Part shown: positions 26,352 to 38,574 of the stretch, one piece after another
Layout: each line of letters opens with the position of its first letter
Numbering within the stretch: position 1 is the stretch's first letter
Assembly: GCF_001194135.2 (NCBI RefSeq)
Contig: NC_068981.1
Span: forward strand, 26,937,345 to 27,001,344
Length of the DNA stretch: 64,000 nt
Direction: 5' to 3'
From: Octopus bimaculoides
Taxonomy: Eukaryota
Program-made: the position numbers and the translations under genes
The notes under the pieces: generated by a model
Told to the model about the DNA's origin: nothing
Databases searched by the model: none
The model's input: only the letters and a program-made list of their open reading frames with translations

Positions 26352-27280
26352 CTAATTTAAGGACAAATGGCAGTAATTTTGATGTGAGGGCCGAGTCAAT
26401 AGCCAAGAAACCAGTATGTCGCAGGTACTTTATTTTGCCGGCTCTGAAAGTATGAAAAAGCAAAGCTGTATTCACCTAGATTTGAACACAAAATGCAAAG
26501 AACTGCATGATACTTTTCTCGATTCTCTAATGATTCAATCAGAAGTTCGTCTTTTTTAATTTTAATTTTATTTATTTATCTATTTATTTTTTTGAAAAGA
26601 AGTAATTTCTTATGATTTCGCCACAAAGCCAGTAAATCTTACAGCAAGTTGGCTGAAGCATTAGCACACCAGGCGAAATGCTTAGCGAGGTCGACTTTGC
26701 CTTTCATCCTTTCAGAATCGATAAATTAAGCACCAGTTGCGTACTGGGGTCGATCTAATCGACTGGACCCTTTCCCAAAAATTTTGGGCCTTGTGCCTAG
26801 GGTAGAAAATGATATTATCGAACTCAGAGGATGGATGAAGATATCGATCGAAAGTAAAAACTGAGAAGAAATAGCGTAAGGCATTTTATCCGACGCTCTA
26901 ACGATTGTATGTGTGGCTAAGAGTTAATCGATTAAATCGAACCCAGGAGTTAAATGCACTTTTATGGATATCGCAGAAATAGGAGACAAAGTTGATATCA
27001 GTTTGCTCCAACTCAGAACATAAAATACAGTAACTAAACACCGCAGTATTTCTCACTTGATGTTCTAAAGTTTGTACTGTTTTTCTCACCACATACTTTA
27101 CTAATAACAACTACGAAAATGATATCTTACAGTGGTTACAAATGTTGGCAAGGACCAGTAATTTTAGGAGAACGGATACGTCTATTATAACAGTCCCAGT
27201 GCTCCTTTATTTGGTACTTATTTTATGAACTTTGAAAGGATGAAAAGCAACGTCACCGCGGTTGAACTTGAATTCAAGAA
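26352..27280. mobile_element. Cluster of SINE family B fragments in both orientations
   Basis: Minus ~26352-26500, plus 26643-26815 (internally deleted), minus ~26830-26910, minus ~27125-27280. Confidence 0.7.
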
Positions 27281-27515
27281 AGGCTGCGAAACAGTTTTTT
27301 GACAAAAAAAAAAGAATGCAAAAGGAATATAGTTAAGAAAGCATATATGAGGAATTTATTAATTTATTATTTTAATATTACAGGGTTTTGCTGATTCATC
27401 AAATTTCACACTAAACATCTAGTGTTCAATGCATGAAAATATGCAGAAGAAGCACAAGTTAAATCATGTCCGTACAAACTAAGTGCATTACAAGGGTTTA
27501 TATATAATACATATG

Positions 27516-28845
27516 AAAAGTTCGTTTGGTTTTTGACTTTGCTACAATTCAAGTACAATGAAAAGTAGCTAACTTCAGAGTGTCCTTTGTGTATGTGCAC
27601 TCGTTAGAGACTATAAACTTCATCGCAAGTCTACGCGAACGAACGATGTGACATGTATTTTTCTGTGTTTTGCCTCACTTTGAAACTGAGGAGCCAAAAG
27701 GAACTTTACCGAGCTGGCAGAAACGTTAGCGCGCCGGGCGAAACGCTTAGCAGTATTTCGTCTGTATGTTTTGAGTTCAAATTCCACCAAGGTTGCCTTT
27801 GCCTTTCATCCTTTCGGAGTCGATAAATTAAGTACCAGTTGCGTACTGGGGTCGATCTAATCGACAGGATCCCTCCTCCAAAATATCGTGCCTTGTGTAT
27901 AGAGTAGAAAAGAATATTTAAAAAAAAGCAAGGAAACTGCAGAAACTTGCATGAAGATATGCGCCCTGTACGGAGAGGATGCTATTCGAGAACACGTGTT
28001 TAAGAAATGTTTTTCCAACGATTGTAATTGGGAAATTTTTCGGATGCACATTTCTCTGGCCGTTTAACACTCCTATAGAAACAGGATGGTCGCAGATATT
28101 CTCCAAATATTCAAATCGAGAGTTGAAATCAATGGTCTCCATGTCTGGTTCATGCATTAATGAAATGAAGTTAATCTCCCAATGGGTTTCCATCTCCGTT
28201 CCGTTGCAGAAAAATGAAGAAAACGATCCTTTTTTGAAGCGAATGTTGATAGGGAATAACATTGGATACTCTATAACAATATGACGAACAAAGGATCATC
28301 GGATTGGAGCAGCAAACCACCACAGTCAACCTCTGAAAGCATGACTTCACCCGAAGCAAGTTATATTTTCAAATTGATGGGTTTCGAAGGATTTTGTTTT
28401 AAGAGGTTCTTCGCATGGACAAGACCATCAATTCAGATGTGTACTGTGACTAGATAAAGAAAGGCAGTGATCCACTAGAGGCGTGCTGTAACTGATAATC
28501 GTAAGGGCATTGTCTTTCATCGTGACAATGTCAGACCGCTCACTTATTTCAGGTGTGGTAGGAGTTACAAGGGTTTTGAAGGGAAGTTTTGTCTCACCCT
28601 CTACATATTCCCCCGATCTTATACCTTCAGATTTCCATGTCTTTAGGTCTTTTCAAAATTCATTGAATGGACCGACCTTTAACTCTGAAGGGGATGTAAG
28701 CAATCATGAGTAAAGTAAAAGGGAAATGGCCAAAGACACTAAAACGAAACAGTAGTTATATCTTTGAATGAATAAATCGCTTTGTGTTTAAAATTTGTCT
28801 TAATTTCGCTTAAAAGACCAGACAGACTTTTTGGTAGACCCAATA
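27516..28845 (+). mobile_element. Decayed mariner (DD34D) transposon
   Basis: Fragments FKKSKETAETCMKICALYGEDAIRE, NEENDPFLKRML, GIVFHRDNVRP, YSPDLIPSDFHVFRSFQNSLNG; right TIR ...ttggtagacccaata|ta; degenerate left TIR aaaagttcgtttggttttt at 27516. Confidence 0.9.
27710..27918 (+). mobile_element. SINE family B inserted in the 5' part of the mariner ORF
   Basis: gagctggcagaaacgttagcgcgccgggcg...ccttgtgtatagagtagaaaag, flanked on both sides by transposase-like coding sequence. Confidence 0.88.
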
Positions 28846-30482
28846 TAATAACATTTGATGCATGATTGAATGTGTAATGCATATTACAAATAAGAGGCAA
28901 TAGCATGCACGAGAAAATAGAATTTGTGAAATTCTATAAAGTTAAGAACATCTAATTGATAAGAAAAGGATAAAAATATAAAATAAAGACCCTGGCTTAG
29001 TAGTTTGCTCCCGCAAATAATTCATACATAACATAGACAATTTCTAAATTATGGTGCATATTTTTCGATTAAAATTTATTTTCGTACGAGTGTACCAGAA
29101 CACAAGCATAATTTCAAGAGAGAAAATAACGGGTTTTATAAATAATTTGCTGCCTAATATAGTAATTTGTTTAAGTAGATGCAAAATATCTGTTATAGAG
29201 ATAGAACACGAAATAGAAAAATAAAATATAATGAGAATGCGATGAGAAAAGAAGAAATGGATATAAAATATCAGCAATAATTTATGAAACCTAGACTGAA
29301 TTTTACAGTAAAAGGGTATTTAGACGCAGAGCAAGAGAAATATATTCTCCTGAAAATCTACCAGATAAATAAAGGAAACAGATTGCAAAAAAATATCTTC
29401 AGGATAAGTTCGGCTCTTCAGAAAAATAAATCATATCGTCTAAGTCATAGAGATACACATGCACACACATACAGAGACACTTACACACTCATACGCATCT
29501 ACATACTCACACGTGACAACCCATATTCCCACACCACGTAAGCTATGGGAAAATAACATATATGAACCAGTTGTGATGTAACGAAAGAAATAAGCATACA
29601 GATATATGAATTGAAATGTTCTTCGTTTGTGAAACAAAGAGTAACGTCTTAATGACAAAATAGTGGGTAATTTCAAGGCACTTACAAGTAATTTAAGGCC
29701 AAAATGAATTTCCTTCTTTACAATGATGTGAAGTATAATATCAAACGAAGAGCAAAGGAGTTGGTTTACGTTTACTGGGCTTCGTTATTAAATTGTCATC
29801 AACCCAAGTTCCACTTGAATCAGTAGTCAGATAAAGATTTTCAGGTAGAACAAAAATAACGGTTTTCAGCGGTAAAAATTGTATAATTGTAATAACGAGG
29901 TGAGAAATAGAGCAAAGAATACTTATAACCAGAGACAGGAATTACGAGATTTAACTGATTGACGTTCACTGAACCATAAAGACAACGTTTTTTTTTTTCG
30001 TTGGAGGAAGAAAATCAAGATTGGTGTTATTAGTTAAGGAAGCTGAAATTAAAGGGGAAATTATTTCGTAGAATAAATGAAAACATATTCAGTGAAAAAT
30101 AAACACTTAGTGGGAGAGAGCCAGATATGTTTGTTAGCAAAATGACAGCTGAAGATATTGTTTAATAGTATTAAAGTATCAGCAGTGAGGCAAATTTACC
30201 AAGTCTCAATTGATCAATAGATAGGAATTTACGTTGTCAGGTACGAAAGAAGTGATCTTAAACCTAACCGTGAAAACGTAAATTTTTGTGAAATCCATCC
30301 CTAGTTTCTTGGGAGTTGCTATGAAGTGCGGCTGTATCTTAGTTTTCTTTTTCTAAATATATGAAAATTCCAATTCAGTAACATTTTTTCTGTGCATCAC
30401 TACTGATATGCATGGGTGATCACGGGCGTTAGAGCGTGTGGGTATCATTCAAGTATGGTAGTAGTTGAATAATATTCTTAAG

Positions 30483-30663
30483 ACCGCAATTTACTCACAC
30501 GCACCATCTTTCAGAGTTTGTTGCTTATTCAGTTATTAATCAAACGGAAAATACTATTAACATCATTGAAGGGGACTGGTCCCTAGCTACATTTTGGCAT
30601 AACAAAATTGAGATTTGGTCCAGTAGAAAAAAGTTTACATCAAAATCTGTAGCAAACTTATAG
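30483..30663 (+). CDS. Candidate terminal exon, copy 2 of the duplicated pair
   Basis: attcttaag|A CCG...; PQFTHTHHLSEFVAYSVINQTENTINIIEGDWSLATFWHNKIEIWSSRKKFTSKSVANL*. Confidence 0.45.
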
Positions 30664-31364
30664 GAAAGTAAGTGACGCCACCAATCAAGTTTCGATCTAA
30701 ATAACGTCTTTTTTTATTTTGCTGGCAAAATATATTTATGTTAATTTCAACGATAGAAGAAAGCATGAAGAATGTTATAGTTTTGGATCCATGCAACACA
30801 AGTTTGTATGAAAAAAGTCGTGAGGTATAATATCATTAAAAGGAATATAAGTAAGGCAAAAAATTGGATTTAAGTATAATTAACTTTCTTATTTTAAAAA
30901 CAAACTACATTTTAGTTAAGCTTAACTAATAGAGCTCAATTCCAGGAATTTCATGGTATCAATCTCATGCAATGTAGTTTGAAAAGAAAGAAGTTATGTG
31001 TGTTTGTTTCTCAAATAGTTCTATATATTTTTATGAATATAGTTCTATAAAGGACTTTAATATGTCACTAGCATCATTAAGGTAAGGAAAAATTATCAGC
31101 GACACCAGTAATTGACACATTTGACACATTATTAATTAGCATAATAGCATAGCCTTGAAAAAACATGGATTACAAGGAAAATGCGAGCAAGAGAAACAAT
31201 ATTAAGATTATAAAACTGGAAATTTTCAGGAAAAGTTCAGGCCCAGTTATTACATCTGGTACAGAACAAGAATATTTTTACTTAAAATATTGCAGCTAAG
31301 AATGAAATTTGTGTATTAAAAAATTTTTGATTTTAATTTACAAATTAAAATTATAATTAAAAAA

Positions 31365-31545
31365 AAGTTACCATCATTTTATCCGTCGCAGGATTACTCA
31401 TTTTGCCAGCTGAGTGAACTGGAGTAATGTGAAATGAGGTGTATTGCTCAAGACGACAACGTGTCACCCAGTCCAGGAATCGAAACCACAATCTTTATGA
31501 TCATGCGTCCAACACCTTAACCTCTAATCCACGCACCTCTACACT
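31365..31545 (-). mobile_element. CORE-like tRNA-headed SINE (truncated); a decayed + copy lies at ~38395-38520
   Basis: Minus strand: ggattagaggttaagg..tggtttcgattcctgg..cttgagcaatacacctcatttcacattactccagttcactcagctggcaaaatgag. Confidence 0.7.
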
Positions 31546-32092
31546 AGCAAAAGAGTTCAGCAGGTAAACACTTACGTTAATAGATCCACTATTAACATTG
31601 AAAAAATATTGGGTGACTATCGTAGCTTTCATATATATATATCTTAAACGTGATTGAGTGTAGACTGAAGGATAAAGAAAGGGTGAGTGAATATATACAT
31701 CCATTGACATAGTCGATTTTTACAATGATAACCAGTCTTGTTGTGGGAAAGTCTAACACTAAACTAAACCTAACTTAACACATGAATGCTTCTACATGTC
31801 ACTGACTGGGAGACTGTGTTCTTTGACCCCTGATTGTTGCTTGATATTCTTCTTTACATGCTGTGAACAAGGCTGCAATCAGAAATGCAGTGGAGCATTT
31901 CTGATTCCTTAGAATTTCGCTGACATTAGTCAACTGATTCGATATATAGTAGTAGGTAACATTGATTAGATGTTTCATGATCTCATCACTCAATTTGAAG
32001 ATTCTGTTATTGTTCTTGAAACCTCTCGAAACTGAAAAGAAAATTCGAATTGAAACAGAGACGACTTCTGTCCATGCTAGAAATTATTATTA

Positions 32093-32149
<57 letters not shown>

Positions 32150-32454
32150 GTTTGACTTTTGCTTTGTATTTGTACAAGGTGGCCCCAAGTCTCACCCAGA
32201 GACCTCAAGAGATGACAAGTTAGAAGTTCATGTTGATGTTATGCATAGCGTGTCATATATTTGGTTATGCATATAGTATTTGTTCCAGAGAATGTTTAAG
32301 AAAACAGACAAATTATGAGTTTGTTTTAAAATTTGAGATTACATAGACAGTATATTAGGTAGGATATGAGCCGTTCCCATGACCACTATCTTTCGAATGT
32401 CAGACATTTTGTGGTTTCCTGGCATCTGAGCTAGGTAGCAATCGGTCCTTTTTT

Positions 32455-32758
32455 TATTATTATTATTCAGTAGTTTTATTTTTATAACGTGCTTTCACTT
32501 CACTACCGAGCGCAGCTCTGTGCGCCTTGGGTATGTGCTGTGGTTTGCTGTAGTGCTCTTATGGTCACTGTATTGAAAGTGTTTTGCGTAGGATGTGTTT
32601 TTGTTATGTATTTGTCTGAATTTTTTTTTTATTATAACTACGGCACCTACTATGATAGGAATTGTTTCTGTTTTTAGATTCCACATTCGAGTTACCTCTA
32701 TTTCCAGGTCTTAGTTACCTCTATTTCCAAGTCTTTTAGTTACCTCTATTTCCAGGTC

Positions 32759-32760
<2 letters not shown>
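32455..32760 (-). mobile_element. 5'-truncated R4/Dong-like LINE 3' end (end of RLE domain, 3' UTR and AAT tail)
   Basis: DLEIEVTRMWNLKTETIPIIVGA (cf. EI.RMW..KT..IPIIVGALG), then cacatcctacgcaaaacactttc (HILRKTL) and a tail into (AAT)n. Confidence 0.85.
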
Positions 32761-32810
<50 letters not shown>

Positions 32811-32811
32811 G

Positions 32812-33384
32812 AGTGAGAGAGCAGCGCATGCCATCAAAGTGACTCTGAAGTACAAATATACGAAACCCAGTAAAGCCTTCATAACTACCCATCTGATAAC
32901 GGTACACCAGTCACATACATCACAACCATATGTGCGTGACATGGTGATCTCATATAAAGGAAAACAGCGCATGACCTTGATAGTGAAGTTTAGTTAGAAT
33001 TTTCTTCAGGTCGAGTAGCCCATTCCACTCAAAATTTCCCTGAATGAGGTTTGTTTAAGTATGTTGAAAGAAACACCCATTTATCCAGAGGTGATTTGTT
33101 TAAACCACAAAGAATTATTTTCAACAAATACCCATGATGCTACCCCACTACTTCTGCTCGTGATCAGACATGCGCATATCGTCAGCCACCAAAGACATGC
33201 TCAACTGGTTAAGGTCAAACAACTGACAAGCAAATCTGTGGTATTAAGCAGAATATTTGCTGGAGCCTATGTTTGTACCAAGGCAAAACAATGTACATTA
33301 TAACACTTCCAATCAGTTAAGATCAAAATTTATGAGAGTCACAGCCTGGTACTGCATTATGGCATTTATCATTATTATTATTAA

Positions 33385-33415
<31 letters not shown>

Positions 33416-34025
33416 GTTGTTGTTGTTGTTGTTATTGTTCTTGTTGTTCTTGTTGCTCTTGTTATTATTATTACTGAGTGAGAGAGCAGTGCATGCCATC
33501 AAAATGACACCGGGGTAAAATATATGAATCCCAGTTTACCCATCATGGCTACTATTCTATTAAGGGTACACCGGGAATATGCATCACAACCAGATGTGCG
33601 CGAAATGGTGATCTCCTATCAAGATAAACAGCGCATGATCTTGCAGGCGGGGTGCAGTTAGAATTTTCTTAAGGTTGAGTAGCCCATCCCAATGAAGAGG
33701 TTGCTGAATAAGGGTTGTTTAAGGACGTTGAATGAAACAGCTATTTCAACGGTGAAATACCCAAACTCCAAAGAATTCTTCTCAACGCATGGCTACTTCT
33801 ACTCCCCCACTACTTCTGCTCGTGATCAGAGCTGTACATATCATCAGCCACCAGGGGACATGCTCAACTGGTTAAGGTCAAACAACTGACAAGCAAGTCT
33901 GTGGTATTGGGTAGAATATTTGCTGTAGCCCATCTTTTATACCAAGACAAAACATTGTGCATGATAACACTTCCCATCAATTAAGATCAGAAGCCATGAG
34001 AGCCACTGTCTGTTACTGCACAATA
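32812..34025 (-). mobile_element. Two head-to-tail copies of a ~550 bp non-autonomous retroposon with (AAT)n tails
   Basis: 32812-33365 and 33476-34025 align along their length (gagtgagagagcag.gcatgccatcaaa...ctcaactggttaaggtcaaacaactgacaagcaa...); each is preceded on + by (ATT)n. Confidence 0.85.
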
Positions 34026-35337
34026 TCCAATCTCGTGTTGCTGTTGATAGAAGATATTGTGTGTATGGGAGTCTGTACTCTCTGTCAAGTCTCAACAAGG
34101 ATTTCAGACAAACAGTACGTGCAGTTCTAGGTAATGCCGATTTTTTAAATACTATTATTATTACTATTATAATTATTACTATTATTATTGTTGCTGTTGT
34201 TGTTGTTGTTAATTTTGTTATTATTAACATGTATTCTCTGTTATGGTACAAAATATCTACAGTGGAATTTTCTTCAGACATAATCTATACTTCCAAAATT
34301 TTAGTACGATTTCATAGGGCAAATCCTGATCCTTCTTACTAAACTTCTAAAGCATTACGGTCGAGCTATCGTCAGGTTTTACTGCAGCAAAAAATACACA
34401 GTAACATAGATTCGTCGCAAGTTATTGTCAAAATATTTACTAGATCTTCTTAAAACTTCCATCTTAGCTTGAGAGGTGAAAGATATATATTACCACTTGG
34501 ATTCTCAAATAATCTATCTGTAAAGAAAAGATCACCAGGTTCAGAAAGACTTGGATTATGCGCTCATCCAACTGACATTGACTTGACGCTAAACACAAAG
34601 AAGCTATAATGAATATTTCTTTAAGCTCTTTAAAATATCTAATTAAAAGTTGTCTGAAATTGGATCTTTCGATAGAGAAAGCAAGCAACCGAAATAGTGA
34701 GTATGCTTTATATTAATTTAAAATGCACAATACAAGTAGTTAATGATGCATATGGTTAGTAAGTATACGAATATCCAAAAAGTACACAAAAGCGGATATT
34801 ATTAACAGTAATTTTTTATGGAACATATCTTAATATGTAATAGAACGTTTGAATGATTTTTTTTAAAATGCATACTACTTAGAGATACCATGACATTTAA
34901 GATGAATATGTAATTTTCATGGAAAACCCTATGTAATAGGGCAATTAAATATGATGGCATATTCGAAATCCCTGCTTGCTGAGGTTTAGACTTCTGCACT
35001 TTCTTTGCAACATCCGGACTTTATCAAATGCTAACTTAAAACTCTTGACGTTAAATATTATATGCTTCAATATCACCGGTTTCGTCAATCTTCTGAATTT
35101 CATGATCAAAACATTTCCAAATGATCGGGCCATAATATTCGTGTCAATGTGTTTGTGTGTATGTTCACAAAACTGCATCAAACAGAGACCAAATTTCATT
35201 TGGATCCTATGGTGCCGTTTACAGAGATAGATTTGATAATGTACTTTTACAGAAACTAGGTAGCATAAATGAGATAAATATACTTACAAATTATCTTTTC
35301 ATTGGCTTCTTTAACAAGATATTTTTTGTTGAAAGAA

Positions 35338-35545
35338 TGCGGTGAGCTGGTAGATTTGTTAATATGTAGGACAAAATACTTAGTAGCATTTCTTCCGACT
35401 TCACGACATTCTTGTATGAAAATCCTTGGAAGTTGACATTTCTTTTCATTCTTTTGTGGTTGATAAAATAAACTGCAAGTTAAGTACAGGGGACGATGTA
35501 ATCGACGAGTCACCCTTTCCGAAACTTGCTGACCAAAATCTTAAA
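35338..35545 (+). mobile_element. SINE family B, diverged
   Basis: gcggtgagctggtaga..aaaatacttagtagcatttc..aagtacaggggacgatgtaatcgac. Confidence 0.75.
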
Positions 35546-38542
35546 CCACTAATTTCATTGAAAGAATAACAATTCCTCAGTAATAACAACGAAGATGTGG
35601 GTTAACTATAAGGCAATCAGTTATAGGGCGCCCAGTCTGCCTCTTGCTTTGTACTTGAGTCTTTCAAGACGATTAAAATATAAATGTAGCACAGGTGCAT
35701 CTGAAAATCTGGACATAATTAATAGGATAGACACTGAAATATTTCTAAAATACAAGAAATAATTTCACACGAAACTTCCAATTTTTTCAAACTTTCCAAC
35801 CCTAAAACATTTTTCACTACTAAGGCAAGCCAGTTGCAAATCAGTATTCTAAAGGGCGAAATGTATAGCACCGAGAGCTGTGAGAAAATCGTTATTTTTC
35901 GAGAGACACACAGTGCAGAGTTCGAAACTTCCTTTGGATCTTAGGCTATGACTGAAACACTGAGCACTGAAACTATTAAATCGTAATTTCAATTCTTTCC
36001 ACATCGCTCTAATAGGATCTTCGGGTCAGAAATAGAGAAGAGTATTAACTTTTCCGATTTTACTTATGCAAATAAAACAACAAGAACGAAATCGAATTAA
36101 ACCAAAATAAATAAAAAATCGAGAGAAAGAAATAAAAAATGTTTTCATCTATTCTCGAACAGAAATCACTAAATGAAGAGAAATGTAACCACTGAACATG
36201 AACTTTTGTGCAATTTCATACCTGATTTTTCTTTTTAATCTAAATAATGTTCATATTCCGATTCGTGCTTCATCGATCATTATTCATTATTATCATTATG
36301 CTTTTATTTATTTATTCGTAGAATTATAGAATATTTTACGTCCTTTTTTTTTTTTTTACACTTAACACACATGTTCATTAACATATTTTTATTGTTTCAG
36401 ATTTACGCGTATTTCCAGCTTGCTAGTCTAAATTTTAATTATTTCTACACGTGCCAACTTATGTTATTTGTTTTACACTAATTCAAATCATCATTATTAT
36501 TTTGTTTATTATTTTTAATTTTCGTTTGGCTGTTGCGTTTTATTTTTGGCAATTCTCTCTAGTTTTTCTATTTTGTTTAGTATTTTTTTTTATTTTCTAT
36601 TTATTTTGTACCATAACAATCTTTAGATTTTCCATACGTTAAACCTGTGCTGTATCTAAACACTATTTTATTATCGATGCAATTCTAAATTTCTCCTCTG
36701 AACAATGTTTATATTCAACAAAAGGAAAAACAAAAATAAAAGCATGACAAGAAATAACTATTCTTATTTCATGCATTGATAGTCTTAATTACTGGCATCA
36801 CTAAGCAACTATATGTAATTTAGTTTTATTTATTGTGTATTATTTTTTATTTTAATTTTCTTACATCTACATTCATCTATTCTTGGTTTTGATTTGCTAC
36901 GCAGATGCTATTTTGTATTTTTGTCTAATATGACGTTCTTTCGTTTAATATTCCGACACCCCGAAGTTTTAATTTAGCTAGTTTGTGAAATAATAAATCT
37001 ATAAAACAGTAATAAAAATAATGTTCCTTTTTATTTAGACATTAGCTAACAATTTTAAAAGGATGACTGAATTATATCCAGAGTTTACTTAAGGGCACTA
37101 GGCAGTGAAATGAATTATTACAATACAAACATGAAAACGTATTGCAAATCGTGATTAAAAGTATTTTCTTTGTACAGCATTAGCTAAAGTAGAGCAAAAA
37201 TAATTTTCTTCTTCATTAAAAACCTTATTCATTACGAGTACACGAATTTCGTATCTACCGCAAGTTTCCTTTGGCTAACTCGAAATATGAAGACATATGG
37301 ACATCGCTAAGAACACGACATGGATGTTTCAGTCTTATTTGCCCACTTTGTAAGAATTCGTCCCTATATTGGCTACCTTATTGGAAAACTTTAACAGCAG
37401 ATTTATGCCCTTGTAAATATTCCACAAAAGAATTTTCAATTATTTCCACTTCCTTTTTTTGCAGTTAAGATATTCGAAAAAGCATACACTCTTAGTCAAC
37501 GCATTTTACCTAACCTCAACTACAAAATTTGTTGTAATCCACTGCAAGCTAATCTCGACATGGCAAAGTTGTTGTCATGGTGAGTTGCAACTTAGTGTTA
37601 GTTCCATATAGCAATCATTTGTCTTACCCTTCATCACAAATACCGTTTGTATGTGCGTAAATATCACAGCAAATCAATATTCACATGATCTGCCAATTGG
37701 ATTGTTAGAGAAATGAAATGGTAATTACAAATGTACATTGAAAAATAGAAAGGATTCAAAATCTTATATGTTGACAAACAACCACAATATCCATAAAATG
37801 AATCTCCTATGTTAAAAACTGTCAACTGCAAATATATAGACTCTTTAGTTTTTTCTCTATTTTTTTGCTGGGATTCAGGAATAAAGTTTTTCTTATTCCA
37901 GTTTCTCATTGTTTTATCGCAGTAAAGCAATGTTTAGTTACTATTACATGTGTGCTTGTGTGAGTGTATGTGTGAGTGAGTGAGAGAGTGAGAGAAAAAG
38001 AGAGAGATACACGAATAGAAGTAAGACTTTGATTTGAAGTCCAACTTTGCTTTTCCATTCTTTGGAATTGTGGAAGTATGCACCAGATGAGTACTGGCTC
38101 TCAAACAAATCAATTTTGGAAAAATAATAATAAATAAATAATGTCAAATTGGTTCATAATTATGAAATACTTATAAATTTCATACTTGAAATTAATTACT
38201 GTACAAGATACAAGTCTTTTGTGGGTCTTGAAAAACGCAAATGGTTAACATCTGAAAATAATTCCGCTTATAAAATGAAATTGTGATTTCACGAACCAAA
38301 TATTTTGTATCACATACATTGGAGAATTAACCTCATTTCTAGTATTTAGATTAATTTACCAGAACTGCAGTGAAAAGAACGCGTTCTAATAGAATATTCG
38401 GCTCATAATTTCATGGTTTCAATTTGTTAAAGAGGAGGTGCATTTGCTTTTTGAGCAAGACACCTTATTTCACATTGCTCCTGTTTCCTCAGCTGCAAGC
38501 GAGTACTGACCAGGTTCTGGTGCAGCTCTCTCCCTCTTTCTT

Positions 38543-38574
<32 letters not shown>

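Noticed and set aside
32691-32760. CRISPR-like short repeats
   Set aside because: No spacers, the unit is LINE coding sequence, and the context is eukaryotic.
35157-35345. ISFGSYGAVYR resembling a kinase glycine-rich loop
   Set aside because: No VAxK or later kinase motifs, no splice sites, and it runs into a SINE.
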